DNA of 64,000 nucleotides from Candidatus Poribacteria bacterium. GTDB lineage: Bacteria; Poribacteria; WGA-4E; WGA-3G. The position numbers and the translations under genes are program-made. The stretch covers positions 1,920,001 through 1,984,000 of the forward strand of contig CBDANF010000003.1 of the NCBI GenBank assembly GCA_965197475.1, given 5' to 3'. Positions 1 to 11,164 of this stretch are shown here, piece by piece; the first letter of the stretch is position 1, and the number at the start of each line of letters is the position of its first letter. Below the pieces are notes generated by a model. The model ran no database searches and was not told the origin of the DNA. It saw nothing but the letters and a program-made list of their open reading frames with translations.

Positions 1-838
1 CAGCAAGGTCAAGTAATTCTGTAATAGGATCAATAATCCAATGCAACTGCGTCAATTTTTGGATAGATACCCAAAGAAGTTGTGAGAGAAAAGGGTTCAT
101 CTCGTCAAGAGTTTCTATCGCGTTAGTTCGAGTAAACGTCCCGTGGGTATGATGGCACCTTGCAGCGAAAAGACTGTAGGTTATCGTCTGTGCCATCATA
201 TCTGCGAAGTCTGCTTCAGACAAATCTGCAATGAGGTGTTCACGGAACGCTGCCAACCGATTCTGGAGTTCGTTATTTGATGTGTCCTTAAGGAGGTTGT
301 CAATTGCAGCCTTAAGCAATTGTGCTTTGCCACTGAGCATCCGCGCTAAGTCTGATGCTTTACCAATCCTGGGAGGCTCCGCACCAAAAAACGCGGTTAA
401 AAAGATTGAGACTTCGGAGTCATCTGTGTTTTGATGTATCACGCGTTGATCGGTATCATTTATGTCTGCGATACGGACAGATAGACAATTTTCACCAGCA
501 CTATAGAGACGAAATTCCAAATAATCAGTTAAAATAAGATTTGGAAACGCTCTGCGATACCGTTGAAGTTGTTCTGATGTTTCTTCAGTATCTAAGCCTG
601 TACCTGGAGGTTTTGTCTCAATCCATCCCAAAGAAACCTCCCCACGCCGCACGAGGAAATCAGGTGCATTTCCTGCGATACGTTTAGGTTCGTTAGTAAT
701 GCTGTAATTATTCGGAGGTGAAAAGTTTTGACTCCACTTATCTAAAAACTGCTGGAGGATAGGACGATAGGAATGCTCGGTTGCATTACCACTTTGGAAT
801 GCAGTCTCAATTCTATTAAGATAGTCAGAAATTGTCAT
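1..838 (-). CDS. N-terminal part of a Type ISP/IIG-like restriction-modification enzyme (N-6 DNA methylase family); runs off the window edge
   Basis: Not in the ORF track because it has no stop in the window. ATG at 838 reads MTISDYLNRIETAFQSGNATEHSYRP...EPKRIAGNAPDFLV...GWIETK...QLQRYR...NLILTDYLEFRLY...FADMMAQTITYSLFAAR...NPFL, motifs typical of these enzymes. Confidence 0.8.
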   Translation of the reverse strand, partial: MTISDYLNRIETAFQSGNATEHSYRPILQQFLDKWSQNFSPPNNYSITNEPKRIAGNAPDFLVRRGEVSLGWIETKPPGTGLDTEETSEQLQRYRRAFPNLILTDYLEFRLYSAGENCLSVRIADINDTDQRVIHQNTDDSEVSIFLTAFFGAEPPRIGKASDLARMLSGKAQLLKAAIDNLLKDTSNNELQNRLAAFREHLIADLSEADFADMMAQTITYSLFAARCHHTHGTFTRTNAIETLDEMNPFLSQLLWVSIQKLTQLHWIIDPITELLDLA

Positions 839-845
839 AATATAC

Positions 846-1871
846 TTACCCATTAGCGAAAATAAGTCGTTGTCTATTTTGACATGGCAGGTTTATTGTC
901 TGCCCAGTGATGCCGCTCTCAATAGTGGCAAAGCCGATTTCATTGACAGCAGTATAATCATCACCTGAACAATCGGGTGGTGGTCCACCGTCAAGATAGT
1001 CGGTAATTTGTTTATACGCCACCTTAAACGGACTTGCGTTTTCAGGGAGATCAAGGGTTGCATTGTCAATCAGTTTACCCTCTTTATGTACGGTTGTGCC
1101 GCTATAGAACCCTGCTTGAACTGTGCCTTCGCTACCAAGAACATCAACAGAAAATCCATCTCGGACACCATGTTTTCCGGCATGGAAACCAATAGCCCCG
1201 CTTTCAAACTGGATAGTTGAACCGACGATTGCAGGTTCAGGTTCGTAAGGTTCTGGCACATCCCTGCCCCCTTCAACGAAACCAGTGACCGAAACAGGGT
1301 CGTATCCAGCGAACTGACAAATCATGTCCGTAGTGTGTATAGAAAAGGATAGTACGCCACCACCACAATAGCTGATAACGCTCTGCCCCTCACCAATGAG
1401 TCCGTCCTTAATCAGCGATTGTAGACGAATCAGATGCGGTCCCCAATGGCGCGTATAGTCAACAACGATTGGAATGCCTTTTGCGTCAGCACCCGCTGTC
1501 ATTGTGTCTGTTTCCTCAAGTGAACACCCTGCGGGTTTTTCAAGAAAGATGGCTTTGATGTCTGCTCTCAAGACGTTCTGCATCACTTGAAAATGGTGAG
1601 GTCCTCGCACACAGACAGCTACGATGTCTAACTTTTCACTTTCCAGCATCTGGATGTCTGTTTCGTAGTAATTGATGGAATTGTCTGGGAAACCTGGTCC
1701 CCACGTTCTCTTAAAGTCTGCTTGGCGTTCAACAGACATATCTGCGACTGCTACCAGTTCGGTTGTTTCACAAAAACGGATGCCGCCTGCATGGCAATAG
1801 GGGTAGGCATCATCTGGTGTTGAATAGCGGGCGGCGATACTGCCTAACCCGATAATACCGACACGACACAT
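846..1871 (-). CDS. Gfo/Idh/MocA family oxidoreductase
   Basis: GIIGLGSIA Rossmann motif and LEKP motif. Confidence 0.9.
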   Translation of the reverse strand: MCRVGIIGLGSIAARYSTPDDAYPYCHAGGIRFCETTELVAVADMSVERQADFKRTWGPGFPDNSINYYETDIQMLESEKLDIVAVCVRGPHHFQVMQNVLRADIKAIFLEKPAGCSLEETDTMTAGADAKGIPIVVDYTRHWGPHLIRLQSLIKDGLIGEGQSVISYCGGGVLSFSIHTTDMICQFAGYDPVSVTGFVEGGRDVPEPYEPEPAIVGSTIQFESGAIGFHAGKHGVRDGFSVDVLGSEGTVQAGFYSGTTVHKEGKLIDNATLDLPENASPFKVAYKQITDYLDGGPPPDCSGDDYTAVNEIGFATIESGITGQTINLPCQNRQRLIFANG

Positions 1872-2061
1872 TGGAATTGCTCCTTTTTTGATGGGTTGTT
1901 AAGAGAGTAGCATAAATAGGGTAAATAGGCAAGGGGTATAAAAATTTTGTCATCTGAATTCTGGATTACACGAATTATGGGGAAATCGTGACTGGGAGGT
2001 AGTTCCTACAAAGAGGCGCAATAAATTGCGCGATTACAAACGCGGCGTATTTTAAAATCGG

Positions 2062-2143
2062 GCTTACAAAGCCCTCCCATAAGGGATATTTCACATATCA
2101 AGCTTATAAGGATATTTCACATATCAAGCTTACAAAGCCCTCC
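2062..2143. repeat. 16-bp direct repeat enclosing a tandem 26-27-bp duplication
   Basis: gcttacaaagccctcc at 2062 and 2128; ataag(g)gatatttcacatatcaagctt at 2079 and 2106. Confidence 0.85.
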
Positions 2144-2319
2144 TACAAGAGTGGTTCGTGAGAATTGAATGGCTCTGAATAGATTTCTAAATGTTTTTGG
2201 CATAGAACTGGGAAATATGATATAATAAGATGGATATATCAATTTTGTGATTTTGGCGCATGGAACGCACAAGGACTCGTTCTATTGTGCGGACAGACAC
2301 ATCTCTACAGGAGGGAGAT

Positions 2320-3027
2320 ATGTCGGAAACAAATTTGAAACAGCGTATCCGTGATGGTGAGCATATCTTTGGGGCTTCAGTTTCAATGACAATAGATCGT
2401 GACAGTCTTGCTGAAAAAGTTGAACAAGGCGGTTACGATTTTGTCGCTGTAGATAGTCAACATTCTGCGTACAATGAAGATAGACTTGTCGCATTCTGCA
2501 ACATGGCAGACGAATTGGATATCCCCGTTAACTTTCGGATAAAACATACCCGAAATGCCTATCTCATCGGCAACTACCTCGACCTCGGTCCCTCTGGCGT
2601 AGAAGTGCCACAGGTTGAATTGGAGACGACGGTAGATGAAGCGGTTGCTGCGTTCTACTATCCGCAGCAAGGTATACGAAGTTGGGGTGGTGCGGCACGG
2701 AAAAATTCAGCAGATAGGGAACGGCTTGAATACGCTGACTGGTGGAATAATTACGGTATGCTCTGGATGCAGATTGAGTCAATAGAGGCTGTAACACACG
2801 CGCGAAGGCTTGCGAAGGCAGGTGTGGATTGCCTTTCCTTTGGTCCTACAGATTTGACGTTTAGCATGGAGAGCCATCCGAATCACGCACTTCAAACAGT
2901 AGATGCCTGTGTGCAGTATGTCGCCAATGAACTGGAAGGGAGCTCAACTGCTGTCTGCTTTAGAAACGGCAACCCAAGTACGCGTGAAAAGTATGCGGAT
3001 ATGGGTGTTACTGTCTTTTTAGAATAG
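2320..3027 (+). CDS. HpcH/HpaI aldolase family protein
   Basis: YDFVAVDSQH, LDLGPSGVEVPQV, MQIES and FGPTDL motifs; RBS ggaggga before ATG 2320. Confidence 0.85.
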   Translation: MSETNLKQRIRDGEHIFGASVSMTIDRDSLAEKVEQGGYDFVAVDSQHSAYNEDRLVAFCNMADELDIPVNFRIKHTRNAYLIGNYLDLGPSGVEVPQVELETTVDEAVAAFYYPQQGIRSWGGAARKNSADRERLEYADWWNNYGMLWMQIESIEAVTHARRLAKAGVDCLSFGPTDLTFSMESHPNHALQTVDACVQYVANELEGSSTAVCFRNGNPSTREKYADMGVTVFLE

Positions 3028-3035
3028 TCTAAAAA

Positions 3036-4430
3036 ATGTTATATTATGGACTTGTAAGCACAGCGATAGCTGAAGATAGGCAGGAATTACGAGATGGCAT
3101 GCGCCTTTTAGCAAAAATGGCGCATAAATACAATATTCCGATTACGTGGGCAATCGTTGCTGATACAGCGCAATTTCTGTCAAAGGATCTGACTGAGTGG
3201 CATAACGAGTTTGGAGACGAACCTTTGCTGATGCTGGATATCAAGTCGTTATGGGAGACAAACTGGGCTGCAATCACTGAACAACCTATATCAGACAGCG
3301 AAAATATAAATACGCTGCAGGCATCCGCTTCACCGGAAGTCATAGCGGAGCATCTCGTGAAAATGCGGGAAATTTTACCACAGTATATCAGGACAGAATG
3401 GAAAAAAATTGAGCGTGCAATACCGTGGACAGTGCCGAGTGTGGTAGGCGCAGAATGGAAAAACCGTGTTTTAGTTCATGCGCTGGAACAAGTCGGTTTC
3501 CGTGGATTGTGGGATTATCGCTGGGACGAACGTGGTTCAGTAGCAGAGGTTGATCGTGGCTGCCCGTTTGGATGTTTTTATCCGTCAGCAGAGCAACATA
3601 ATTTTAGCGCGCCTGCTGCGGGGAGTATCACTGGCATTCCTTATCAGACCGCAGCCCACCTTGATGATGAAGTGGATAACCTTCGTGCCGCACTAATAAA
3701 TGACACAATTCAAAAGAATTACAATGTCTATGTAGAAAATGAGAAATGGAATCGGTGGCTCAGTTATGTGGAACATATCAACGCTTTGGAGGTTACACAG
3801 TTAGGACAGGAAACATTAGAGAAACTTGATGCATACTTGGCACACGTAGGAAGCAATGAAAGGACGAAATTGTTACCGCTCTCTGAAATCGTTGATGATT
3901 ATTGGACAAGTTGTCAACAGACTGAGCCAACGTTCATAATTGCTACTACTTATGACTCTCAAAATAACTTTGAATCTGTGGACACAGGTTTAGCTGCATC
4001 AGATGAAAAAGCATCAACAGATCGAAATGGGAAAAAGGTGTTTTTCTACTATGACGCTGAGTGTCAGTTCACCTTTTTAGAAGGCACGCTGGAACCAGTT
4101 GACATGAAAAACTATATCTCACCGCCGGTTTTGGAAAATGTTGGGGTGGAAATTTCACATCAGAGTGCGTCTATTCACGGCATTGAGTATTATTTACCGA
4201 AGGTAGTGGGCTTTAGACCTAATAGAAAACGTTCGCGATTGCATGTCACTTTTACAATTGAATCTACTAAAGCGATGCCTTACGGTGTAGCGATATGGGG
4301 CAACCACCTCGGTTTGCAATTAGCAAATTCTAATGCCGAGGTAGTTACATGGGTGGATAAACATTTGCTTTTTGTCCGTGTTGCGTTGAAACAAGGGAAC
4401 AACGAATTTGAAATCGTCCTAACAATATGA
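3036..4430 (+). CDS. Hypothetical protein, possibly carbohydrate-active (NodB-like barrel)
   Basis: 464-aa ORF with IPITW and RGCPFGCFYPS segments; family not recognised with certainty. Confidence 0.55.
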   Translation: MLYYGLVSTAIAEDRQELRDGMRLLAKMAHKYNIPITWAIVADTAQFLSKDLTEWHNEFGDEPLLMLDIKSLWETNWAAITEQPISDSENINTLQASASPEVIAEHLVKMREILPQYIRTEWKKIERAIPWTVPSVVGAEWKNRVLVHALEQVGFRGLWDYRWDERGSVAEVDRGCPFGCFYPSAEQHNFSAPAAGSITGIPYQTAAHLDDEVDNLRAALINDTIQKNYNVYVENEKWNRWLSYVEHINALEVTQLGQETLEKLDAYLAHVGSNERTKLLPLSEIVDDYWTSCQQTEPTFIIATTYDSQNNFESVDTGLAASDEKASTDRNGKKVFFYYDAECQFTFLEGTLEPVDMKNYISPPVLENVGVEISHQSASIHGIEYYLPKVVGFRPNRKRSRLHVTFTIESTKAMPYGVAIWGNHLGLQLANSNAEVVTWVDKHLLFVRVALKQGNNEFEIVLTI

Positions 4431-4570
4431 AATCAGTCAGAGATACTTTTGTAAGAAATACATATCACCACTAATGCCAGAGCCATTCAATTGTCGCAAA
4501 GCACTCTTATAGGAGGGCTTTGCTGTTAATATTTACACATCTTACTGAAATTATAATATTTGGAGGCAAA

Positions 4571-5803
4571 ATGGAAAAAGTTTTAGGCTTAAAATGCCGC
4601 GAATGTGAACGCGAGTATCCTAAGGAGCCGCTTCATGTTTGCGAGTTCTGTTTCGGTCCATTAGAGGTAAACTATAATTACGAGGCGATTCAAAAATCGA
4701 TCTCAAGACGCTCAATTGAGCAGGGACCCGAAAGTTTATGGAGATACATTGATCTGTTGCCGATTGATGGTGAACCGACAGACGGACTCAACTCTGGTTG
4801 GACACCTTTAATTCATGCAAAGAATCTTGGCGATGCGCTTGGTGTTAAGGAACTCTATATAAAAGACGATTCTGTGTGTCATCCGACACTTTCTTTCAAG
4901 GACCGGGTGGTAGCGATCGCTTTGAGCAAATCTAAAGAATTCGATTTTGACACAGTGTCGTGTGCGTCCACAGGCAACTTAGCTAATTCAGTCGCTGCGC
5001 ATGCTGCTATCGCAAATCTGAACTGTTACATTTTTATTCCTGCCGACTTAGAACATGGCAAAGTAGTTGCTTCATTGGTTTACGCACCGACAGTCGTAGG
5101 CATTATGGGGACTTATGACGAAGTGAACCGTTTGTGTAGCGAGATTGCCGGTGTCTATCCGTGGGCATTTGTAAACATTAATATCCGTCCGTATTACGCA
5201 GAAGGTTCAAAGACACTCTGCTTTGAATTGGTTGAACAACTCGGTTGGGAAGCACCGGATCATATCATTGCCCCAGCCGCTGGCGGGTCACTCGTCACAA
5301 AGATCGGCAAGGCACTAAAAGAATTTCACCTATTGGGTTTGATTGATAAACCGAGGACTAAAATTCATGTCGCGCAGGCAGAAGGTTGCGGTCCGATTGT
5401 GAATACTTACAAGGAAAATAGTGATTTTGTCAAACCGGTGAAACCGGACACGATTGCCAAATCCCTTGCAATTGGAAATCCCGCAGACGGTATCTATGCC
5501 GTGGATACAGTTCGGAATTCTGGCGGTGCAGGGGAGCATGCGACTGATGACGAAATCGTTGAAGCAATTCAACTACTTGCTGCTACTGAAGGTATTTTCA
5601 CTGAGACAGCGGGTGGCGTGACGCTTGCTGCAACCAAAAAACTCATTGAGAGTGGACATATCGGTTGTGATGAAAGGGTTGTTGTGGCTATAACGGGCAA
5701 CGGCTTTAAAACGATAGAAGCACTTGAGAATAAAACGGATGAGCCGCATATTATCGCGCCACAACTCAATGCCTTTCGGAAACTGATGGCGAACATTGAA
5801 TAA
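4571..5803 (+). CDS. thrC: Threonine synthase (PLP-dependent)
   Basis: PTLSFKDR PLP lysine motif, CASTGN, ITGNGFK, N-terminal CxxC..CxxC; RBS ggagg before ATG 4571. Confidence 0.9.
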   Translation: MEKVLGLKCRECEREYPKEPLHVCEFCFGPLEVNYNYEAIQKSISRRSIEQGPESLWRYIDLLPIDGEPTDGLNSGWTPLIHAKNLGDALGVKELYIKDDSVCHPTLSFKDRVVAIALSKSKEFDFDTVSCASTGNLANSVAAHAAIANLNCYIFIPADLEHGKVVASLVYAPTVVGIMGTYDEVNRLCSEIAGVYPWAFVNINIRPYYAEGSKTLCFELVEQLGWEAPDHIIAPAAGGSLVTKIGKALKEFHLLGLIDKPRTKIHVAQAEGCGPIVNTYKENSDFVKPVKPDTIAKSLAIGNPADGIYAVDTVRNSGGAGEHATDDEIVEAIQLLAATEGIFTETAGGVTLAATKKLIESGHIGCDERVVVAITGNGFKTIEALENKTDEPHIIAPQLNAFRKLMANIE

Positions 5804-5853
5804 TCTTTTTAATTTAGAGCTTTAACGCATTACCGTTCGCGGAGAATCATAGT

Positions 5854-6423
5854 ATGACGCATTTGGAAACGCACGACCCTTTGCAGGATATATCCATTCC
5901 AGCACCTGGCACGATGACGTTAGAGGAATTCCTTGAGAACGATGTAGAAGGGTATGAATATGTGAAAGGAGAATTAATTCCTATGGCTGCAGCCTCAAGG
6001 AGACATGGTAGAATAAGTGTAAATATCCTACGGTATTTAGATCCGCAGGTCTATGAAAATAACCTGGGAGAATTGTATACATCAGAAACATCATTTAAGG
6101 TTGGAGAACGTGTGCTAAAACCGGATGTTGCGTTTGTTGCATCAGAACGGTTGGATGTAGACGAAGACAAAGGACTACCGATACCACCTGACCTTGCAAT
6201 TGAGGTGGTTTCTCCTTCAGATATTCATTCTCGTGTCATTGGAAAGGCACTTGTTTATCTGGATGCAGGCACACGCTGCGTTTGGATTGTTGACCCCGTA
6301 TCAAAAACCGTGACGGTGTATAAATCTGAGACAAACATCAAGACACTTACGCGTGAAGATACACTTACTGGGGATGATGTAGTCCCGGGTTTTTCCTGTC
6401 CGGTTGCACAACTGTTTGAGTAG
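5854..6423 (+). CDS. Uma2 family endonuclease
   Basis: YEYVKGELI, KPDVAFV, PPDLAIEVVSPSD, VWIVDP, VVPGFSC. Confidence 0.92.
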   Translation: MTHLETHDPLQDISIPAPGTMTLEEFLENDVEGYEYVKGELIPMAAASRRHGRISVNILRYLDPQVYENNLGELYTSETSFKVGERVLKPDVAFVASERLDVDEDKGLPIPPDLAIEVVSPSDIHSRVIGKALVYLDAGTRCVWIVDPVSKTVTVYKSETNIKTLTREDTLTGDDVVPGFSCPVAQLFE

Positions 6424-6433
6424 TGATAAGAAT

Positions 6434-8704
6434 ATGGAAACACTTACCGGCATTCTTGAACGGATTGTTTTTGAAAATCCTGATTCAGGGTTTACTATCG
6501 GCAGGTTTTCTGCTCGTGGTAATCCCGAACTCGTCACCATCGTAGGCAACTTAGCGTCTGTCAATGCGGGTGAGAGTTTGTTGCTTAAAGGGGAATGGAT
6601 AAACAATCCGAAATACGGTATGCAGTTTCAGATTGATAGGTATGAAACTATCCAGCCAGCGAACGTTGTCGGGATAAAAAAATACCTCGGTTCTGGGTTG
6701 ATTAGTGGTATCGGTCCTAAGATGGCATCGCGAATTGTTAACCGATTCGGTATGAACACAATTGATGTGATTGAGCAGCAACCTGAAAAATTGGCGGGAG
6801 TCCCTGGAATTGGTCGGAAGCGCGTTAAAATGATCCAGCAAGCGTGGGAGGAACAGCGTGAGATAAAAAATGTCATGCTTTTTCTGCAATCACATGACGT
6901 GAGCACAGCGCATGCTGCAAAAATTTACAAGACATATCAAAATGAAGCTATCCCAATTGTTACCGAAAATCCTTACCGTCTTGCCGATGATATTTACGGT
7001 ATCGGGTTTGTCACAGCGGATACGATCGCACAAAAACTTGGCATCAATAAAGACGCACCGCATCGGGTGCAAGCCGGAATCAAATACGTCCTTAGCCAAA
7101 AAGCGGATGACGGACACGTTTTTCAACACTACCCTGAATTGATTGAGTCATGTCAAGATATTCTTGAACAGACACCGGAGGCAGTTGAGGCAGGCATTCT
7201 TGAACTGACGAAAAAAGAGGAAATCATCCTTTCGCAAAAAGATGACCCAGCAGAAACCGTCACTGAGTCAGGTGTTGGGCTAAAAGATTATATCAGCGAA
7301 GAAAATAGCGAATACACGGAAGAAGACGTTGCGGCAGCGGAACCCTTCAGCAGCCCAAGTGCTGTTTATCTTGCCCCCTTTTATTACGCTGAGATAGGCA
7401 TCGCAAATCAGTTTTTAAGACTACTATCAAAGGCAAAACAAAACACACCTCAATTGAACATTGACGCATCGCTAACGCAGTTAGAAAAAGAGATGGACAT
7501 CCAATTTGCGCCTCAGCAACGGGAGGCAATTCGGACTGCACTTACGGAACGTGTGATGATTCTCACAGGAGGACCAGGAACAGGCAAAACCACAACAACA
7601 GTCGGTATGATTCAGTTGTTTGAGGCAGAAAGGCGGCGTATCGTTTTGGCTGCGCCGACAGGACGCGCGGCGAAACGGCTCAGTGAAACAACAGGGAGAG
7701 AAGCGAAAACAATACACCGTCTACTTGAATTTTCACCACAAAATAACGGGTTCAAACGTAATCGGCAGAATCCTTTGGATGCGGATGTTGTGATTGTAGA
7801 TGAGATGTCAATGGTGGAACTTGTCTTGATGAATAGTCTTATGCAGGCAATCCGGCAAGATACTACCGTCGTCCTTATCGGTGATACGGATCAACTTCCA
7901 TCTGTTGGTGCAGGTAATGTGCTAAAATCTCTAATTGATTCACAAAAGATACCGGTTGTCAAACTCACCGAAATTTTCCGGCAAGCACAAGAGAGCATGA
8001 TTGTCATGAATGCACATCGGATTAACACGGGAGAGTTCCCGAAGTTTTCCGGTCCAAAAGATAGGAACTTTTTCTTTATTGAGGAAGAAGACCCTGAATC
8101 GGCAGTCAACCTAATTTCTTCTCTGATTGCAGAAAGACTACCCGGCCATTACAACTATCATCCTATAGACGATATTCAGCTGCTATGTCCGATGCGGCGC
8201 GGTACCCTCGGTGCTGAAAACCTTAACAAATGCCTACAAGATGTGCTCAACCCGAACACAGATCAAGTTGTGAGAAGTTGGCAAGCTTTTCGCCTCGGTG
8301 ATAAGGTTATGCAGGTGCGTAATAACTACGATTATGAGGTGTTTAATGGGGATATCGGACGGATCGTCGAAATTGAACCGGTTGACAAGGAGGTACGGAT
8401 TAGATTTCCTGATAAACTGGTAGCGTACGATATGGCAGACCTAAACGAACTCGTCTTGGCGTACGCAACGACTATCCATAAGGCACAAGGTAGTGAGTAT
8501 TCCGCAGTTGTCATACCTTTACACACCCAACACTATTTGATGTTACAGCGGAATCTACTTTATACAGGTATCACGCGTGCGAAAGAACTCGTGGTGATTG
8601 TTGGCACCAAAAAAGCACTTAATATCTGTATCAATAATAATCAGGTGATGTGGCGCAACAGTTACCTCGCCGCACGTATCCAAAACAATATAAGCGAGTT
8701 CTAA
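6434..8704 (+). CDS. recD2: ATP-dependent RecD2-like DNA helicase
   Basis: GIGP HhH motifs, TGGPGTGKTT Walker A, LAAPTGRAAKR, VDEMSMV, YATTIHKAQGSE, LYTGITRAK. Confidence 0.95.
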   Translation: METLTGILERIVFENPDSGFTIGRFSARGNPELVTIVGNLASVNAGESLLLKGEWINNPKYGMQFQIDRYETIQPANVVGIKKYLGSGLISGIGPKMASRIVNRFGMNTIDVIEQQPEKLAGVPGIGRKRVKMIQQAWEEQREIKNVMLFLQSHDVSTAHAAKIYKTYQNEAIPIVTENPYRLADDIYGIGFVTADTIAQKLGINKDAPHRVQAGIKYVLSQKADDGHVFQHYPELIESCQDILEQTPEAVEAGILELTKKEEIILSQKDDPAETVTESGVGLKDYISEENSEYTEEDVAAAEPFSSPSAVYLAPFYYAEIGIANQFLRLLSKAKQNTPQLNIDASLTQLEKEMDIQFAPQQREAIRTALTERVMILTGGPGTGKTTTTVGMIQLFEAERRRIVLAAPTGRAAKRLSETTGREAKTIHRLLEFSPQNNGFKRNRQNPLDADVVIVDEMSMVELVLMNSLMQAIRQDTTVVLIGDTDQLPSVGAGNVLKSLIDSQKIPVVKLTEIFRQAQESMIVMNAHRINTGEFPKFSGPKDRNFFFIEEEDPESAVNLISSLIAERLPGHYNYHPIDDIQLLCPMRRGTLGAENLNKCLQDVLNPNTDQVVRSWQAFRLGDKVMQVRNNYDYEVFNGDIGRIVEIEPVDKEVRIRFPDKLVAYDMADLNELVLAYATTIHKAQGSEYSAVVIPLHTQHYLMLQRNLLYTGITRAKELVVIVGTKKALNICINNNQVMWRNSYLAARIQNNISEF

Positions 8705-8829
8705 CGCAAATGACTTAGAAGCAATGGAAACATTATCAATAACGTGAGTTCGAAATAAGGAATCAAGTGTAGGCACGCCTACAAAGTGGAATCAAGTTAA
8801 TTTGATTTCATACATAGAAGGAGAAAAAT

Positions 8830-10371
8830 ATGAAAATAGTGGTCATGATTCTTATCAGTTCCGTACTATTCTTCTTGCAAACATTCGCGTTTGCCGAGGT
8901 TAAACTACCGCGTGTTTTCGGTAATAACATGGTGTTACAACGGGATATGCCTGCTCCGATTTGGGGTTGGGCAGCTCCAGGTGAAGCAATTACTATTGCT
9001 TTAAGTAAGCAAGATGCTGACAGTGAAATTGACACATATATAGTAAAAGCTGATGAAAAAGGAAATTGGCGGGCAGTGCTTCAAGCCACACCCACAGGGG
9101 GTCCATATACGCTTAATGTTGTTGGTAATAACGTTATCAAACTTACAAATATCCTTTTTGGTGAAGTGTGGGTTTGTTCCGGACAGTCAAATATGCAGTG
9201 GACGGTTAACGCATCAAATGACAGTCAGGCGGAAATCGCCGCCGCAGATTATCCGAATATCCGATTGTTCAATATTCCCAATATCTCTTCCGGGCTACCG
9301 AAATTGGATGTTAACACTGAATGGAGACCAACTTCACCAGATACAATCAGACACTTCTCAGCTGTGGCATACTATTTTGGTAGACATCTCCACAAAGAAC
9401 TTGATGTACCAATTGGTTTAATTAACACTTCATGGGGTGGAACACGGATTGAACCTTGGACACCGCCGGAAGGATTCGAGACAGTTCCTGCACTTTCATC
9501 AATATCAGAAGAACTCAAGGATATTGACGATAACTATAGGATGCAGCTTGGAGAGAAGATCAAGGAAATTGAAGACTGGATTGCACAAACACGAGATGCA
9601 TTGGAAAGCGATGATGTTATCCGTCAGATGCCAGAGAATAGTCATCCTTTGACACCTCATCAAAGCCCGACAGCACTTTACAACAGCATGGTACATCCAT
9701 TTGTGCCTTTCGCAATTCGTGGTGCGCTTTGGTATCAAGGCGAATCAAATATGGGTGAAGGTATGATGTACCATGAGAAGATGAAGGCACTGATAAACGG
9801 ATGGCGCAAGGTCTGGGGACAGGGAGATTTCCCATTCTATTTTGTTCAACTTGCACCTCACAACTATAGTGGTGACCGGCATAATGCGACTCGTCTTCCA
9901 AGATTCTGGGAGGCACAAACTGCAACGTTGGCATTGCCAAATACGGGTATGGTGGTAATAACAGACGTTGGTAACATTAGAGACATTCATCCGCGAAATA
10001 AACAGGATGTAGGCTTGAGACTTGCATTGTGGGCACTCGCTAAAGATTATGGCAAAACGGATCTTGTCCATTCTGGACCTCTCTACAAATCCATGAAGGT
10101 TGAAGGTAACAAAATCAGGCTCAGTTTTGACCATGTTGGTGGGGGTTTGATGGCAAGGGATGAAAAACCGCTTAACTGGTTTCAAATTGCTGGTGAAGAT
10201 AAGCAATTTGTTGAAGCGGTGGCAGAAGTAGACGGGAATACGGTGGTTGTGTCAAGTGATTCGGTTGAGTCACCTGTCGCTGTGAGGTTCGGTTGGCATG
10301 AGATTGCAGAACCAAATCTTGTGAATAAGGAAGGTTTACCCGCTTCACCGTTCCGTACTGATTCGTGGTAG
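8830..10371 (+). CDS. Sialate O-acetylesterase (SASA family), secreted
   Basis: Signal peptide; GEVWVCSGQSNM, WGGTRIE, WYQGESN, DIHPRNKQDVG, LPASPFRTD. Confidence 0.92.
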   Translation: MKIVVMILISSVLFFLQTFAFAEVKLPRVFGNNMVLQRDMPAPIWGWAAPGEAITIALSKQDADSEIDTYIVKADEKGNWRAVLQATPTGGPYTLNVVGNNVIKLTNILFGEVWVCSGQSNMQWTVNASNDSQAEIAAADYPNIRLFNIPNISSGLPKLDVNTEWRPTSPDTIRHFSAVAYYFGRHLHKELDVPIGLINTSWGGTRIEPWTPPEGFETVPALSSISEELKDIDDNYRMQLGEKIKEIEDWIAQTRDALESDDVIRQMPENSHPLTPHQSPTALYNSMVHPFVPFAIRGALWYQGESNMGEGMMYHEKMKALINGWRKVWGQGDFPFYFVQLAPHNYSGDRHNATRLPRFWEAQTATLALPNTGMVVITDVGNIRDIHPRNKQDVGLRLALWALAKDYGKTDLVHSGPLYKSMKVEGNKIRLSFDHVGGGLMARDEKPLNWFQIAGEDKQFVEAVAEVDGNTVVVSSDSVESPVAVRFGWHEIAEPNLVNKEGLPASPFRTDSW

Positions 10372-10501
10372 AGGCTTATCCTGTAACTCAGTAGGCGCGG
10401 TTTCAAACTGCGCCGACTACTGCTTTGTCAAAACTTAAATGAGGGGTGTGCATAATTATTTGGCGTATTAAAAGCTACTATTGTTACTGAAAGTTTACAT
10501 C

Positions 10502-10574
10502 GTAGGTCGGGTAGAGCTTGCGAAACCCGACATATACCAGACGTGTCGGGTTTCGCAAGCTCTACCCGACCTAC
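10502..10574. repeat. Inverted pair of GTAG-type REP elements (REPIN-like)
   Basis: Perfect 31-bp inverted repeat gtaggtcgggtagagcttgcgaaacccgaca (10502-10532 / 10544-10574); related copies near 18550, 18670, 29290, 44252, 56885. Confidence 0.9.
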
Positions 10575-10716
10575 AGGTGGTTATATTGAAATGTGAAAAA
10601 TATAGCAGAAAGCCGAAAACTAAATAACCCTGTAAACAGACGAAACGAATTGATATTTATTTGCGGACATGATATAATATAAAAAACACTGTAAGGTAGT
10701 ATGCAGAAGTAGGAAA

Positions 10717-11145
10717 ATGCGACATCTAAACGATCAAGATTTAAAAACCCTTTTACAGTCTGAAGAGAATTATTACAATTCCAAGCGAGCAAATAACCAG
10801 TCCTTTCAAAATTTTTTACGTATTCTTATTGTTGCTTTTTTAGGTGCATTTATTACTAACATACCGTGGGATTCTTTACATGTCCCCGTCCTAGCTTACA
10901 TTGGAACTGCCTCGCTTATATTATCTCTAATTATAAATATATATTCATTCCCAGTTGCGCAGAAATCATTAGAACTAGTCCGAGAGCTTACACATAAAAT
11001 ATACGATGAAAACGATACTATATACTTGGATGAAATAGAAAATATAGATAAAAAATTATACAGACTATCGGTTCTATTAAGATTGTTTCTTGCCATCGGT
11101 ATTATAATCTGTCCCATTTCTTATATTGTTGAAAAAATTTATTGA
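10717..11145 (+). CDS. Hypothetical membrane protein (about 3 TM segments)
   Basis: AT-rich 142-aa ORF with three hydrophobic stretches. Confidence 0.7.
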   Translation: MRHLNDQDLKTLLQSEENYYNSKRANNQSFQNFLRILIVAFLGAFITNIPWDSLHVPVLAYIGTASLILSLIINIYSFPVAQKSLELVRELTHKIYDENDTIYLDEIENIDKKLYRLSVLLRLFLAIGIIICPISYIVEKIY

Positions 11146-11164
11146 TCAAAGGAGGTGACACAAA